Assembly: GCF_000150275.1 (NCBI RefSeq)
Contig: NW_002060955.1
Location: forward strand, 1,470,287 to 1,534,286
Source: Trichoplax adhaerens
Taxonomy: Eukaryota > Animalia > Placozoa
Direction: 5' to 3'
DNA: 64,000 bases
The stretch's first letter is position 1, and each line of letters opens with the position of its first letter. The notes beneath the pieces were generated by a model. It searched no databases. It was not told where the DNA came from and saw nothing but the letters and a program-made list of their open reading frames with translations. The position numbers and the translations under genes were made by a program. This document shows, in pieces, positions 26,691 to 40,180 of this stretch.

Positions 26691-27693
26691 ATGAATATCT
26701 CTATTGAACTTGGCAACGATACTGATAATTACAACAATCAGATTTTATTTTCGCAAATCTATTGGTATTCTGTGATTGCAGCTATACCGTTATCAGTGAT
26801 TGGGCTTGTTGCTAATTTACTTCTACTGCACATTTTTATATCAGATAAATTCTTTCATCGAAGTACTTATGTCTTAATGTTGGTCTCGGTTGTATCTGAT
26901 ATTACGTCGACGATAACATCAATTGTATGTTACTCCTTATTAGATCGATGAGAATCTTAGCATTCAAAGCGGATCATCAATATGTAAATATTTTCTGTTT
27001 ATTATTTCATCTTCCTATGGTATTTCTATCATGACTTTATGTTTAATAGCTATTGATCGATATTTTGCTGTTGTTCAGCCATTTTCTCGATTTTATCTTT
27101 CGTACAAAAGTCGATTAATTGTCATCGTGGAAATTTTAATATGGTTAATATCGACATCCACCAGTGCTCCAATGTTCCTAATTATTAGCGGATACCGAGA
27201 CAGATATGTGGTTTGCGATTTTCCTGACATGGATCTTTTTGCTACGACCTATTTTATTATCTTTGTTATGTTGCTGTATGTTATTCCTACAACTGTAATT
27301 GCAATTATATATTGGAGAATTATTAAGCATCAAAGGAATTATATTCAACCTGGCGAAGCCACCGACAGACATAAGATACAAGAACTTAAAAGGCGGAAAC
27401 TTATCAGAATGTTAATTAGCATAGCGTTAACCTACATTTTAATTACGTGGCCTGTTTTTGCTGCAATATTTGGATTCGCCGTCACACAAACATCTCTAAG
27501 AGAAATTCGTGATAAAAATCTTGCACTTTTCTTTTTGGCATTTTTTTCTGTAAGTTTAAGCGCTAGTATAACAGTCATCAATCCTTTCTTGTGTTTTAAA
27601 TTTGATGGCAATATAAGAAGCAGATCGCATCGTATTTGTAAACGTATCGATATCTTTAGAAGCAGTACAATCATGACGACGATTTACGATTAA
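26691..27693 (+). pseudogene. Class A GPCR with a single frameshift (cluster member 3)
   Basis: ORFs 26691-26951 and 27031-27693 are the halves of one 7TM receptor (SVVSD, IDRYF, CDFP, HQRNY.QPG, TWP, INPF); one +1 shift at ~26941-26947 (ttaGATCGATgag). Confidence 0.88.
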
Positions 27694-28916
27694 ATCATCA
27701 AACTGTACAGCATGAATAAAATAAATGAATAGATAAATATTGTGCGTGCACGGATTCTTCATGTGGTTTGTTGATATACGCAAAATTGTAATAAAATTGC
27801 AGCTAATGCTTTTAATCAAAAAGCACATTTCTATACTATAGCTTTCCTTGTAATAGAAATAAAATTATACAATAATTTCTTGCTGACTCATTTTAAGCAA
27901 TCTGATCTGTTGTTCATTATAGTAAACTAATTAGCATAAACATAAAATAGAATCATGCGCCGTCAAGTTAATTAGCAGGTGACTATTTAAGAGCCAAATT
28001 GCGATCATCAACTAAAGGATTCCTTTCACGTTAAATTTAACAAAAGTCCTTATTAATTTAGGAATTAAGATAGTTAATTGATGATTCAAGAGATTGATGG
28101 TAACAACTTTGGAGAGGCTACTAATGCCATAAATCTACAATAAGGGAAATAACGTTAATTTTTAAGTAAACTAAAATCATGGACAAATATTAAACATGTC
28201 TGACGAAATAGATTCTCCTTTGAAATATCGCGAACTTATCGTCTTCAATTAAAAAAATTGATTATAAGATAAATCCATTATTAGTTTATAATTACTAGTA
28301 AATAATTTATATGCTGTGAACATCATTATTGTATCCCACCCCCCCAGTACATGTATATATGTCCTACCCGTGGGTTTCTTACTTGCATTGACCTAATAGT
28401 GAATATATAACATTGGAAACTTGACAGATAAATTATTAATAGTTACTAGAGAAAAGAATTATGTCCACTTAAGTAGGACTGACGTATATATTTCAGACCC
28501 AAGCACTACATAATACAGCATGCATATCATTCTTGGGGTATATTTTGCAATATTGTACTATTGTACATGTTAGTATTAAATCTATCAAATGGTCAATTGC
28601 AAAATTCATTTATACATTATCACAGCACTGGCATAGCTACCATTTTTGGGGCTCTTCTTTTGTATGGTAAGTAAAGTATATCGGTACTTTGTAATGCACA
28701 CCTACGCTATTATTTAAATAGCTATGATCAACTGTACTGTATACCATAAGGCGGCAGTACAAAAACGCTATGATTTTACATGGTTTTTCTCCTCATACTA
28801 ACGGCCGTAAAGATTGCCTTTCGCTAAATAAGGTCCTTAAAATTTCTCGCGATTATGACGGATACACAATCTTTCGAAATATCACAGCTTAAATTCTTCG
28901 CCATTTAGTCATGTTT

Positions 28917-29010
28917 AGTGATGCACCTAATATTTGATTTTAATGATAGCTATATTTGATATAGTTAGGTTACTAAGAAAAAATTTTATCGTAAAGCTAA
29001 TATTATGTAA
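28917..29010 (+). repeat. Dispersed repeat fragment (homologs at ~49414-49500 + and ~32470-32525 -)
   Basis: Shared agtgatgcac...gatagctatatttgatatag...tttatcgt blocks. Confidence 0.55.
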
Positions 29011-29045
29011 TAATTTAGCTTAATTTTGCTAAGATACACTAAGGT

Positions 29046-29717
29046 TGGTGACACTTTGAACCAAGATAGAGATTAGGGGAACAACACCAGTTTATTTAAT
29101 ATACTTTACTTTATAAATTAAAAAGCCGTTTAAGTGAGTCTTGCAATAGGTATAACGATACGGCTGGACACTATATGAAACTAACAAGCCAAATAATCTA
29201 TAAAGTTTACCAAACAAAACAACTTACGATCTCTTCTTAAGTTACACGACCTCTAGTGGTTAGGACCACGACTTCGATTAACACCAAGAACTACAAACAG
29301 GACTACAGCGAAGAAGACTTCACTGAAAGCAAGACTAAAGTATTCTCGATTACACCACCATTTTATATGCTTCGCAGAGCAGTAGGTGGTCTATTAACTA
29401 TGAATGATCAATCCTAAAGTATGCTATAAGTAGTTACAAACTACAATACTAGCAATTAATCGGACATATCTTAGAACAGATTACACCTTACGATTCCCTC
29501 ACATAGTACAAATAAAGTTAACCTTACAAGTCTACAGTAAATGAATACATAATCTTCTCACTTAAAAGTCACTAATAGTTACAATTATAATTCTACAATG
29601 AGATACCGACAATCCTTACATATGACTCACAGACGTCATTCACAACTTAAGGACACGGTTCACGTAAACATTACAAAAATTTTGTAGATTAGTCATCAAC
29701 AACCTAAATATGTAACA
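29046..29717 (-). mobile_element. Probable older solo LTR
   Basis: TG(G)TGACA...TGTAACA termini; flanks AAGGT / ACGGT (4 of 5); reverse-strand AATAAA ~29090 and TATA ~29364. Confidence 0.55.
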
Positions 29718-30229
29718 ACGGTTACAAATCAAACATTTAAATAGTATTAACTATATCAACCACAGTGGACAGGTTCACATTATACTGTCTAACACAATAC
29801 TTCCACTATCATCTACACTAATTTGGATATTACTTTCAAGTCCTACAGTAAAATCTTAAATCATCTTACAATACATTACTAAATAAATACTCTATGAAGG
29901 AGAATACTAAATATTAACCTTCATTACAATTAGATGATTGAAAACTATTATATTTGAAATAACTTATATTAGCTATTTGACTAATTATGGTACAAAATTT
30001 ATGTGACTAGAAATACTGAAATTGTGAAGATACACAACTCCGAAAAGTACTGGAACTTAATAGAAAAGTTTTGATATCATGAGTAGAGTGATTTAGATCG
30101 TAGGAGAAATGTTGTTTTCTTTGAGAAAAAGTATTTTGTTTGATGACTCATGTCTGCGTAGATTGATTAAGTTGTCATGAATGGATTTTAGCGAAAAGTA
30201 TTTAAAAACTGCAGAGACGAGTATCTATA

Positions 30230-30500
30230 TAAGTTGGTTCGACTAAACTTTTATGATTTGATTTGTAACTACGAATATTGCTCGTTAGTAGTTGATTTCT
30301 GCAGTCTTTTACGGGGGGCATCGCGTTGCTCGAATTAGTAAAAATAAAGTAAAAGTAGCTCGACGTTTTGAAGTCTATCTGGGAAATTGTGATCTAGAAG
30401 GGATGTTCTAGGCCGAAACTAAAATAGTAGTTGACATTTGCAACTTAGAGGAACAGAATGCTTAACTTTATGCCTTGTCGGGAGAGTAGTCCGCGACATA
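30230..30500 (+). repeat. Diverged LTR-like repeat; inverted homolog at 51328-51600
   Basis: Blocks aatattgctcgttagtagtt, gcatcgcgttgctc, ctagaaggga.gttctaggccgaaactaaaat and gagagtagtccg recur in reverse complement at 51328-51600. Confidence 0.75.
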
Positions 30501-31398
30501 CAGTATTCCTAAAACCTTGTGATAAAAGCCTTTTAGAAAATACTATAGACTAAGACAGTTATTGTGGGAGACTTTTATTACAATATGGAATGAATGTTAG
30601 TGTACTATATAGGACGCACTGCTATCAATATTGTTTCATTGTAGAGAACTACTGTTACAACAACAATTTTAAAACAATTAATTCACTTTATTACGATTCT
30701 AAGGTTTTATTACAATTTAATACTTCTAATAACCGTCACTAACTTCACTATCCTATTGTAAGACATCAGTCAGCAGTATAAAACAGTAAGGAAACATTTT
30801 TGGTAGTCACGTAAAATGTCCTTCTTAGATTAATGGCTTGTTTTACAAAGCAACTAAAAAGTTTCAAATCACTTTAATTATTATTAAAATTTACTCTCTT
30901 ATATATCTATGCTAAATTCCACCTATGCCAATCAATTACATTTATTATCCGCTTTACAAAGTACAATCTATGCTTCTCTATAGAATATGTTTTACAGTAA
31001 CTAATATAAGCAGATATGTGATAATTAATAGTTTTTTTACACCATCTAAGCTAGAACATATTATTCGTAGTATTGTAAATCTGAAATCGTAACAAGTACT
31101 CATTAACTTTTAATCATCATTATCGTTAGCGCAACATACTGTACTGTACATACAGTTAATGGAGTGACTATAAGATCTGACGACATTTACAGTATGTTCG
31201 TTTGCATTTACTTTGCCTGTTTTTAGTAATTTCCTTTCGTGAGATTTCGTTATACCGCGGTCAAAATAATCTCCAGTACAATTGTTCTGAACTGAACTTT
31301 ATTTTTAGGTATTAGTATCGTTATGCCTAGATAACATTATGATCTTTAACGATATGCCACAAATGCGATACTAAAAACATCTTATCATGCCTATCATT

Positions 31399-31949
31399 TG
31401 TGATATATACCAATCACGAGATTCCAAATTTTAGAAAAATAAGGGCTTTATTTAATCTTATACAAAGATTAACTACACACAGCTCTACTCTAGCCGAATA
31501 CTACTACTAAAGACTTCTACAACGAACTAACAGAATAATCTAAAGTTGCATACTTTTATACTTTTCGTAGCATTCGTAGCTACAATCCGCATGGCAACCT
31601 TTTACCTTATTTTACACATAGTTAAACTATTCTTAGTAACACAATTCTACTGCGGACAATCATTAATCCAATATGGATACGACTACAGTACTTACGTAGA
31701 CATTATTCACACCAGCCAAAGTACAATGAATTAACCATATCCTAATATATGATTTACAGTTCTATTTTTGCCTATAGCCTTATTAGTAACTTAACACTTT
31801 ACTGTATATAGTCATCTGTACTCTAGCATAGAGTCTATACCACTACAGTCTATAGTTATAGCTACCAAATATCTCTTAGGATAAATATCTACCGTACATT
31901 ATACTAAACATGGCTAACAGTCTACAATCACAATACTAGTTACATTACA
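31399..31949 (-). mobile_element. Solo LTR family B (551 bp)
   Basis: TGTGATA...CATTACA termini; 4-bp TSD CATT (31395-31398 / 31950-31953); homologous to 6754-7180 and more distantly to 59872-60479. Confidence 0.88.
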
Positions 31950-32856
31950 CATTATATATCAAAAACTAAGTTTAGGACAGATATGGGTAACATAAGAAAA
32001 GAACGGTAATAACAGTATCTCACAAAACACTTGTCTTAGTCAATAGAGAATTCAAGAAGAGGCTTTATTAAAAAGTTAATGAACAGGGGAGCAATAATCA
32101 ATTGCTAAAAAGAATCTAATCTAAGGTAATTCTAGCACAAAGCGAAGTTAAGTCTCTAATGTGAGCCCATTTCAGCCGTTATTAAACAAATTTCGATAAT
32201 TCCATTTGCGGCTATAGATCGTAATTAATTACAGTCATCCAACAGCATACTTTTCCTCAAATAGATCATCATTTATCTTCTACAATCTTAATTATCCTGC
32301 TTAAATATCATTACTCTTATATTAAAGTCCGTGATCTTTCGGTGTTGGGCATTTTCTCAATTACAGTGTATTTAGTGTCACATAAATCTTGTACCATAGC
32401 TAATCAACAATATCTAATACAGAAGTTAGGAATCATCTAATATTAACACTACTATCTAATCTTAGGAAAATAATTATATCAGATATAGCTATCATTATAA
32501 TCAAATTTGGGCAGTATGTTGCACTTCTTTGCGGTAATTTCATGGAACCCGCTCTGCCTAGGTATACCTGTAAGCCAGTACACTAAATTATCAGTTTTAA
32601 TGATTCGTTAGTTGTAACTAAAGCCTCTACTCCGTGAACAAAATCACATAAGCCTATTCAAGCAGAACTTAGAACTGCATCCTACACAGATATACATTGC
32701 GTTCTTATATATGTTGTCTAGCAGCCGTACGACTACAGACCATATAGTATCAATCCGATAATTGGTTACAGATAAGCTTAATCCGTATCTAGGCTCTGTA
32801 GTCCCACTATACAGAATGTAATTACAGTAGATACTAAGCTATGATGAGTGTTGTAC

Positions 32857-33486
32857 TGTCACAAAACAGCTTTGCAACAAGATAACGCAATATACGATCA
32901 ATAAGTCAATTCCTCTAACCACGTATCAAGGAACGATATCTACACTATCACGAACACTTTTGCTCTACTAGCAGACTACACAAAGACTTAAACGCCTCGT
33001 ATTTTACGTTAAACACTAAGTTGGATAATTCTCTTTATTTCACGATATACTGCATTTATATACTACTCCTCAATATTTCATGAGTCATAGTTAATACAAT
33101 TAACATTGGAATCATTTACTGAATTAGATATTAATTATAGCTACTGCTCCCTTAATGCAGACAACAGTATTTACAAACATAGACATGTAATGACTAATAC
33201 AGAATAGTCAGATTACGATATGTCCTATCACGGAACATTTCCATGATAATTTACAATCTAGCATAAGTAAATTACAATCACAATGATTGGAACTGTAAGT
33301 AGATGATTTGCATTCCCTATTATAACTATTAATTTCAGTATGTGTATAAGTGTCACTGTCATAAAAAGTCAGAGCTATATTAAAACGCAGTATATCCAAA
33401 TTATAAGTTAACTAAATAAGGATAGTCTAACAGAATTATCCTAACATAGATATTTCTACTCTAATACAGTATTTAACACTGTAACA
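32857..33486 (-). mobile_element. Solo LTR family A, copy 2
   Basis: Full-length homolog of 1960-2592; flanks TGTAC / CGCAC differ only by two C/T transitions. Confidence 0.92.
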
Positions 33487-35474
33487 CGCACCCATTAGTA
33501 ATCCTTATCCTAAATATAGTACTGTGTACTATTAATACCAGAATACCTGAAACTAGCTATTACAGTACCGTTAGTATTGTAAAGTATAAATCTTATAATT
33601 TTGGATATTAAATATATTTAAGCAATAATAGATCTTAAAATAGGATTTTTTAATTTACATTTCTAGAAGATTCTTATACACAGCTGTAAGACAGTGTAAT
33701 ATTGTATTCTAAGTTGATGATATATTTAATGTCTACCGTAATTATGGTGTTCAACTGTGACAGATATTCTGTTAGAGGATTAAGTATTAGATATTGCTAG
33801 CGTAGTAACTGTATCATTTTGAAGAGGAGTTCTTCAATGCTCACACTAGAGCTTCACATGAAAGATGAAAACTGTCCTGCATTTGAGATGATAATACTAC
33901 AATGTGCAGTAAGTAAGGTGCTAAGATTGTTAAAGCAAAAAAGTATATAAGCGAGTAGTTTAGTACAGTAAAATTGTTCTTTTTCTTTAGAGGTCCTCAG
34001 TTGATCGATTACATTGCATCTTTATAAACGAGGTTTTTGTTCAATAAATCATAATTTTCTTAAAGTCTTGAAGATTCTTGATCAACCAACCTCATAGCAG
34101 CACTTGGTGATGTACCGATGCCTTATTGATAATAAATTTAGCAAATGTATTATTTTGATATTATGATTATGATTAACTGTCTAGCTTTATAATTATTAAA
34201 CATTGTATTATACAAGGTTCGTAGAAAAAGTGGGATTACGAAGGAAAATCTATTTATATTCAAGCTAAGGTAATAAATACTAAATTAAAAAGAGATGATT
34301 TTATGTGCTAGATTGTTACGAATAACCAGAATATTTGATATAATTCCCCCTATTCTAGTAAGAAATACTAATCGTGTAACAAATCCAAGGTCTTTATATT
34401 TAGCATCAAGCAATTCTTCAAACTTTATGATTTAAATTAAATATGGGTACAGTATTTGCTAGGCAAATTAAACTAATTACGAAATTTCTAATTTGTAATA
34501 CTTTTATAGATGTTATTGAAATTGCTAATTTACTTCTATGATAGCTGATCCATACTGCTAGCTGTCGAATACGCAATATAGAATAGTACTTATAGGGAGC
34601 AATATAAGCAATTTGAGATTAAGTGAAGACGCTCATCAAATTCACAATTTTGTAAATGTTATTTATATGAAACGAACATTCTGTAAATGAAGTATTTGCG
34701 ATACGGTCATGTTTTACGGAAAGTAAAGTTGATATCATTGAATTAGAATACTGCAATTATTCATCTATCAGCTATAGAAATTCATACAATTGTATATCTG
34801 ACTGTTATAATACTTGTCATTTGCATTTTATTTACGTGTTCTGGAATGAAAAAAAAGTAGTAGACCTAGACCATATTTTTAATAGCACTACACCTATTTT
34901 TATCATAATGACATTCTTCTAAATCATTTATATAATAAGGAAAATTTCGACTGACTTAATTGGTATATCTTTTTCTGCAATAGGTGCAAGCAACGTAAAT
35001 TCAACAGCAATCTAAAATCTCTTCTTATTTGAAAACAATCCTCCGCTATACGTGGTTGATCTTATTTTTAAGTTACAATACAAATAAATTGAAGTCAGCA
35101 TAAATTCATATGAACTAATAAACTATTACTTTATTCGCGCTATAGTGACTTTAAGACAAAAAGGGCTTTAACCGTACGAATTAAAGTTTGAATCAGAAAG
35201 CTAAATTTGGATCGAATAATAAAGTCTAGGCAGTATTGCTATATAACTTGGTAAGAATATTTACTAAAAATGATACGTTAATCCTCATCATTTTTGTGGA
35301 ATTTTAAAATTCCAGAAGATCAATCTTATTATCGTTACATTATTCAGTTTAGCTACTATCTGATAGCGAAACTGTGATTTTACAGTATCGATAAATCTTA
35401 AAATTCACAAGTAAGTGAATGTAAAATTCATTGATAGCTTCTTGGTGTAACTCTTCACTTAACGATTTGCACTC

Positions 35475-36491
35475 ATGAATCATGACGTTATGAATGATTC
35501 GAATGAAACCAATATTGATAATTTCTTCATTCAGTTGTATGATATTACTTCCATAATAGCTCTTCCATTAGCTATCATTGGACTAATTAGCAATATATTT
35601 GTGCTTTATATCTTTATAACTGATCGAAATTTTCATAAACCGACATATTACCTTATTATGATCTCTGTTACTTCTGATATTGTAACAGCCATATCTATGA
35701 CATATGGCTACAGTCACATCCTAGCTCGAACCACTGATGACGATGGAGCCGATATAATGTGCCAATCGGCTGTTTATATTACAGCTACATCATATGCGAT
35801 TTCAATTATGAATTTATGTTTAATTGCTTTCGACAGATACTATAGTATAGTAAAAGCTGTGTCGCAATTTAATCGTCTATATAAAAATAATTTCCTTTTA
35901 TTTGTCGAAATATCGATCTGGATAACTGCAGTGATAATTAATGCTCCCTTGATTCTCGTGATGGAATCCAAAAATAAAGATTACGGGTTATGCGATTTTA
36001 TACCCATTACAAACATAATTTCTGCCTATTTAATATTTCTTGTCATCATGCTATATATCATACCGTCGACTTTTATCGTTACCGTTTATGTAAAAATAAT
36101 AATTTTTCGAAAAAATTACGTTAGTCCTGCTATTGATAATGCAGAGCAAATTGAAGAGGATGCTCAAAAGAAAAGATTCATCAAAGCGCTAATGAGCATT
36201 GCTATATCTTACGTCTGTTTTACCTGGCCATACTTTGCTACTATCTTAGGGTATGCTATAACTAAAAAAACGTATTATCAGCTACGTTTTACTGATAAAG
36301 TGGCCTACGTTACGTCGCTATTATCAAGATCATTGACTACAAGTATAACTATCATTAGTCCTTTTACATATCTGCTGTTTGATAGTAACATCCGAAAAAG
36401 AGCAGTGAAAGTATGCAAGCAACTTCTAGGTTTAGAATCAAATCGACAACGAAAGTTACATCATGTCAGAGTCATGTCTTCAGCCTGCTGA
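35475..36491 (+). CDS. Class A (rhodopsin-like) orphan GPCR, intact, 338 aa (cluster member 4)
   Basis: Seven hydrophobic segments; N-terminal NDS/NET sequons; GLISN, SVTSD, TM3 Cys, FDRYY, ECL2 CDF, TWP, ISPFTY. Confidence 0.95.
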   Translation: MNHDVMNDSNETNIDNFFIQLYDITSIIALPLAIIGLISNIFVLYIFITDRNFHKPTYYLIMISVTSDIVTAISMTYGYSHILARTTDDDGADIMCQSAVYITATSYAISIMNLCLIAFDRYYSIVKAVSQFNRLYKNNFLLFVEISIWITAVIINAPLILVMESKNKDYGLCDFIPITNIISAYLIFLVIMLYIIPSTFIVTVYVKIIIFRKNYVSPAIDNAEQIEEDAQKKRFIKALMSIAISYVCFTWPYFATILGYAITKKTYYQLRFTDKVAYVTSLLSRSLTTSITIISPFTYLLFDSNIRKRAVKVCKQLLGLESNRQRKLHHVRVMSSAC

Positions 36492-38710
36492 GATGTTAAA
36501 TTAATATTACGAATTTTTAACCAAGCTAACGGTATGACTTCGATTTCAAAATATGCGAGTTGTAACGCGGTTATTCATAAGAAAACAGCGGATATGGCGT
36601 AAGTATTCAAATTAAAACTTGAAGGATAATAAAAGATGGAGCAAATTATTTCTCCTTTCATCAGGGAAACCTTTGATTAACATCGAAAAATGATTATATA
36701 GTTTGATATTAATTATTATGTAAATGTTTAATATTATATCGGTTATTCTTATATATTCTAAGAAAATAACTAAAGAATCTAATTCATTAATCACTAGTAT
36801 AAGGATACTTTTGGTGAATTAATTTTACGATGTTAATTAATCTGGAAACAAGCTGAAGAAATCGTCGAAAGGGTAATAATCAAAATATTAATGATACGAA
36901 ATCGAATTACCGTACGCTAGAATAAAATTTTGTTAAATAGCCTGTGTATTAATTTAGCTCTGATTTCAATTCCATTTTACTTGTAATCAAAAAATTAATT
37001 ATTATTGTCGTTGTATACAGAATAGAAAATAAATCTTATTGAACTACAATCCTAAAATGCAGTAAGACTGCTATTTTATATTCTATCGAAATTCATGATT
37101 TCGTTTACAGATGATTATTTAAAGAATTCTTTCCCTTCAATAAATAGATTAATGATTATTTGCTAATGATATTAGGCAATTGTGTTTTGTTTAACGCTGT
37201 AATTTACAATAACTTTATAGCCTTCATTCTATAATACTTTGGAATTAGATTTTTATGTTTATGAAATGATTGCTTATAGAATTAAAAGCACTTGTTTAGA
37301 AATACTTTCGTGTTTAGATCACGAATAAAAGTTAATAAGTAATTTCGTTTGACTATCATTGTATTAAATTGTATACTATCATCATGTTATTAATGCAAGA
37401 ATAAACTGTTGCGATAGTATCGACATAAACAACATACTTACTCTACACGTCAGTTTAATAGAGTAAAGCAAACTTAATCACTAAAAGCTATCAGCTTCTT
37501 TAATGGAATTTAAACGCAAGAAAATGTAATCAACAATGACTGATGGTTTTCTGAGATTTGCATTGAAATTCGATACGGGTTACCAGTATTTAAATTCTGC
37601 TATTGAAATTTGAAGCTAACTTTTATAGTAGTCCGATTCTATGAAACAATCATTGAAGATCATAAATTGTAAAGTAGCATATGAATCTTCAGCCCTATTT
37701 CTAGTTTACATTAAAATTGGTGACAATCTTCATTAATTTGTTACTCAATCCTATTAATCGAAACACAACTCCAAGATTAATATTCATTCGCATAGACTAT
37801 ACTATACTATGCAATTACTGTCTTAGAGGTTTGCTATAGTCTTAATCGGTTTAATTAATAAATTAAGCTATAAATGTTGCACTTAAATAATATGTAAATT
37901 AATCGAAACGTTGTTAAATTAACAACAAGAGGCTAAGAGTAATTGGTTTCGCATGACCGCACAACGAATATTTTTCAGTAAAAACTTTTTTAAAATTTAA
38001 CATCCAGGCCTTCCGCGGTAATATCGGAGCTCGGTTTCATTATATTAGTAGTCCTGAACTTTTACTCAACCTGTCCAACAACCTAAATGGGGTACCAGAG
38101 CGCTATGTAGTGTATAAGTGCATGATCTGCATCTTCACATTAGCACTACTAATTGCTCTAAATCACATATTGGTTCTACTGAATCTACAGTATAGTCATT
38201 TCTATCTCTTCGTCTATTATTCTTACAATTAGCTCACTCCAACTGGTACTAGTAGTCGCTGAAATGGATTATAAGGTAAATTGTAATCGCGTTGAAATAC
38301 AGTTGCACAGGTAATGCTTTCATAGTCAGCAACTAAGTTGTAGACTAACTTCTCCTGCAAGTCGCTAGCTTTTGTGGCTCTTTCTCGTAAATGTTAACAA
38401 ACTTACCGGATTTAATTCTCATATCCAGGCTATAATGTCTGCTATAGAATAATCTATTGAGTAGCAGCTAAACAATACTTATCATAAATATTTAATTAGG
38501 AAATTTTAACAATACCGCTTTATCCATGATGTATTTTATACTTTTATGGATAAAGACATAATGGCTTCATATTGCTCACTGATAGCTTTAAGTGACTGAT
38601 TTTGCATTCAAATTCAAATTCAAATTTATGCAAATAAATGCTTAGTTTAGTGTAATTTCCCCCAATGAAAAGATTATCAGTTCTTAGATTTATTTACTGG
38701 CAGATGTCAG

Positions 38711-38907
38711 TGTAATGAATGAAAAGTATAGAGATCAAGCTACAAAACTTTAATAAACTTTGATTCTACTTTCGTTGCACTCCGATCGACTTAACGAAAC
38801 TTTGACACCAAATAAAATTTGGGGAAACAATCGATCAACAATTTATTACAAAAAAAATGGAGAGAAGTATAAACCGAACAATCTTACAAATACTTAACTT
38901 TAAGTAT
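38711..38907 (-). repeat. LTR-like end fragment homologous to 57865-58062
   Basis: ~195-bp near-identical segment starting TGTAATG; homology stops where the LTR at 38908 begins. Confidence 0.85.
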
Positions 38908-39484
38908 TGTTACGGAGCTTGATGCTCCTTGCGTATAACTAGTATTAATTTACGATAGTAGAATAACTGTAAGGATATACTGTCGTGTGATTAAAAATAT
39001 TATTAGAGATTGTCGTGTTGAAGACCACAATCCTCAATTGCTAATTGAATATTATTATTGTTTCTGACTTTGAATTTAAGTGTAAGATCAATTACTTTGC
39101 AGAGCCTTGAGGCTCTAGTTGCTATACTAGGATATGTATACTGTACAGTGTAAGCCGCTATTTCAAGAATATTCACAAGTGTACCATCGGCGAGACTATA
39201 AAAAGCGGAGCACTAGCTTAGCTTCTCAGTTCCAGTTAGTCATTTGCAGGATCTTTTGACTATTATTGCTAAGAATATTCTTACGTTTTTCTTTAGTACA
39301 TTTTACGACCAAGGTTAACGAAAATAAACTAAAGTATTTAAACCTATTACTCAATAGTAGTTTTTTTGTGTAGCTGAGAGTTAGTTCAACTACGATAGGT
39401 CCCTAATTTAGTTGGGAACACAAGTACTAGTGAAGATAGTGTTTAAGACCCGGTTTCTTGTTATAAAGAAGTAGATTTGTAACA
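38908..39484 (+). mobile_element. LTR (577 bp) without matching TSD
   Basis: TGTTACGGAGC...TGTAACA termini (5' end resembles the 21663 element); TATAAAA ~39197; AATAAA ~39323; flanks AGTAT / GCTGG differ. Confidence 0.75.
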
Positions 39485-39489
39485 GCTGG

Positions 39490-40024
39490 TGTCACAACGT
39501 CGTTTGTAGCACAAGTAACTAATTTTATTCCTAGTTTAACCGCTCTACCGTAATATACCGTTGCTAATAAGCTTCTCTAACTCGACCAGCTCAGTATAAG
39601 ACCTTATTCAGCAGTGAGTATATCCAGATAACTTCATAAATCCTCTTTATTCGAACGATAGAATACACTACTAAGCAATGTAATATCAGAACTCCTTCTA
39701 TGATTAAAGGCACGCTCTTATATACCTGTGCCAGTTTCCATCGGCATAATTCTATTTACAATGTACTTGATTTTGTATAACATATATTTATGATAGTCAG
39801 TATAGAATAAATATCGGTAAATTAATATTAAGTGTTTACTACTCTTACACCAATTAACTAATCAGCTAGACTTGCTACTTAACAACTCACTAATCAAGTG
39901 TGACAATCTTTATCACACATTCATTAATAGAAATCCATTAACGACTTAATATGTCACAACTCTACTTTCGAAAAAAATATGAATATATATCTTTTTTTAT
40001 ATACGGTAATGATGAACCGTAACA
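39490..40024 (-). mobile_element. Solo LTR family C, copy 2 (535 bp)
   Basis: Same termini as 3017-3617; TSD GCTGG (39485-39489 / 40025-40029). Confidence 0.9.
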
Positions 40025-40029
40025 GCTGG

Positions 40030-40180
40030 AAACTTAGATTATTCTAGTAGCTCTTTCTAGAAGTGTTAAGTAGTATTCGGTTAGAGTAGAGCTGAGGATA
40101 TGCACGCATTATTCTTGTATAAAGATCCAATAAAGATCTAATTTTCTATAAATTTTAGATTTTTGTGATTGGTTGTAACA
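40030..40180 (+). mobile_element. 3' fragment of a family-B-like LTR
   Basis: ttagattattct...gtagtattcgg.tagagtagagctg...caataaag...gtgattggt matches ~7036-7170; ends TGTAACA at 40174-40180. Confidence 0.75.

Noticed and set aside
27178-27828. Minus-strand ORFs overlapping the GPCR at 27031 (also 221-499 and 17544-17771)
   Set aside because: Shadow ORFs of real coding sequence on the opposite strand.
31546-31734. Signal-peptide-like ORFs 31546-31734 and 60019-60207
   Set aside because: Antisense chance ORFs inside family B LTRs.
33208-33399. ORFs 33208-33399 (-) and 54433-54708 (+) with near-identical Cys-rich peptides
   Set aside because: Both lie inside LTR family A; TTG starts; similarity simply reflects the repeat.
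33685-34120. Possible LTR with TATA/AATAAA and a TGG-initiated PBS at ~34105
   Set aside because: No definable termini or TSD, and no match to a tRNA 3' end that I recognise.
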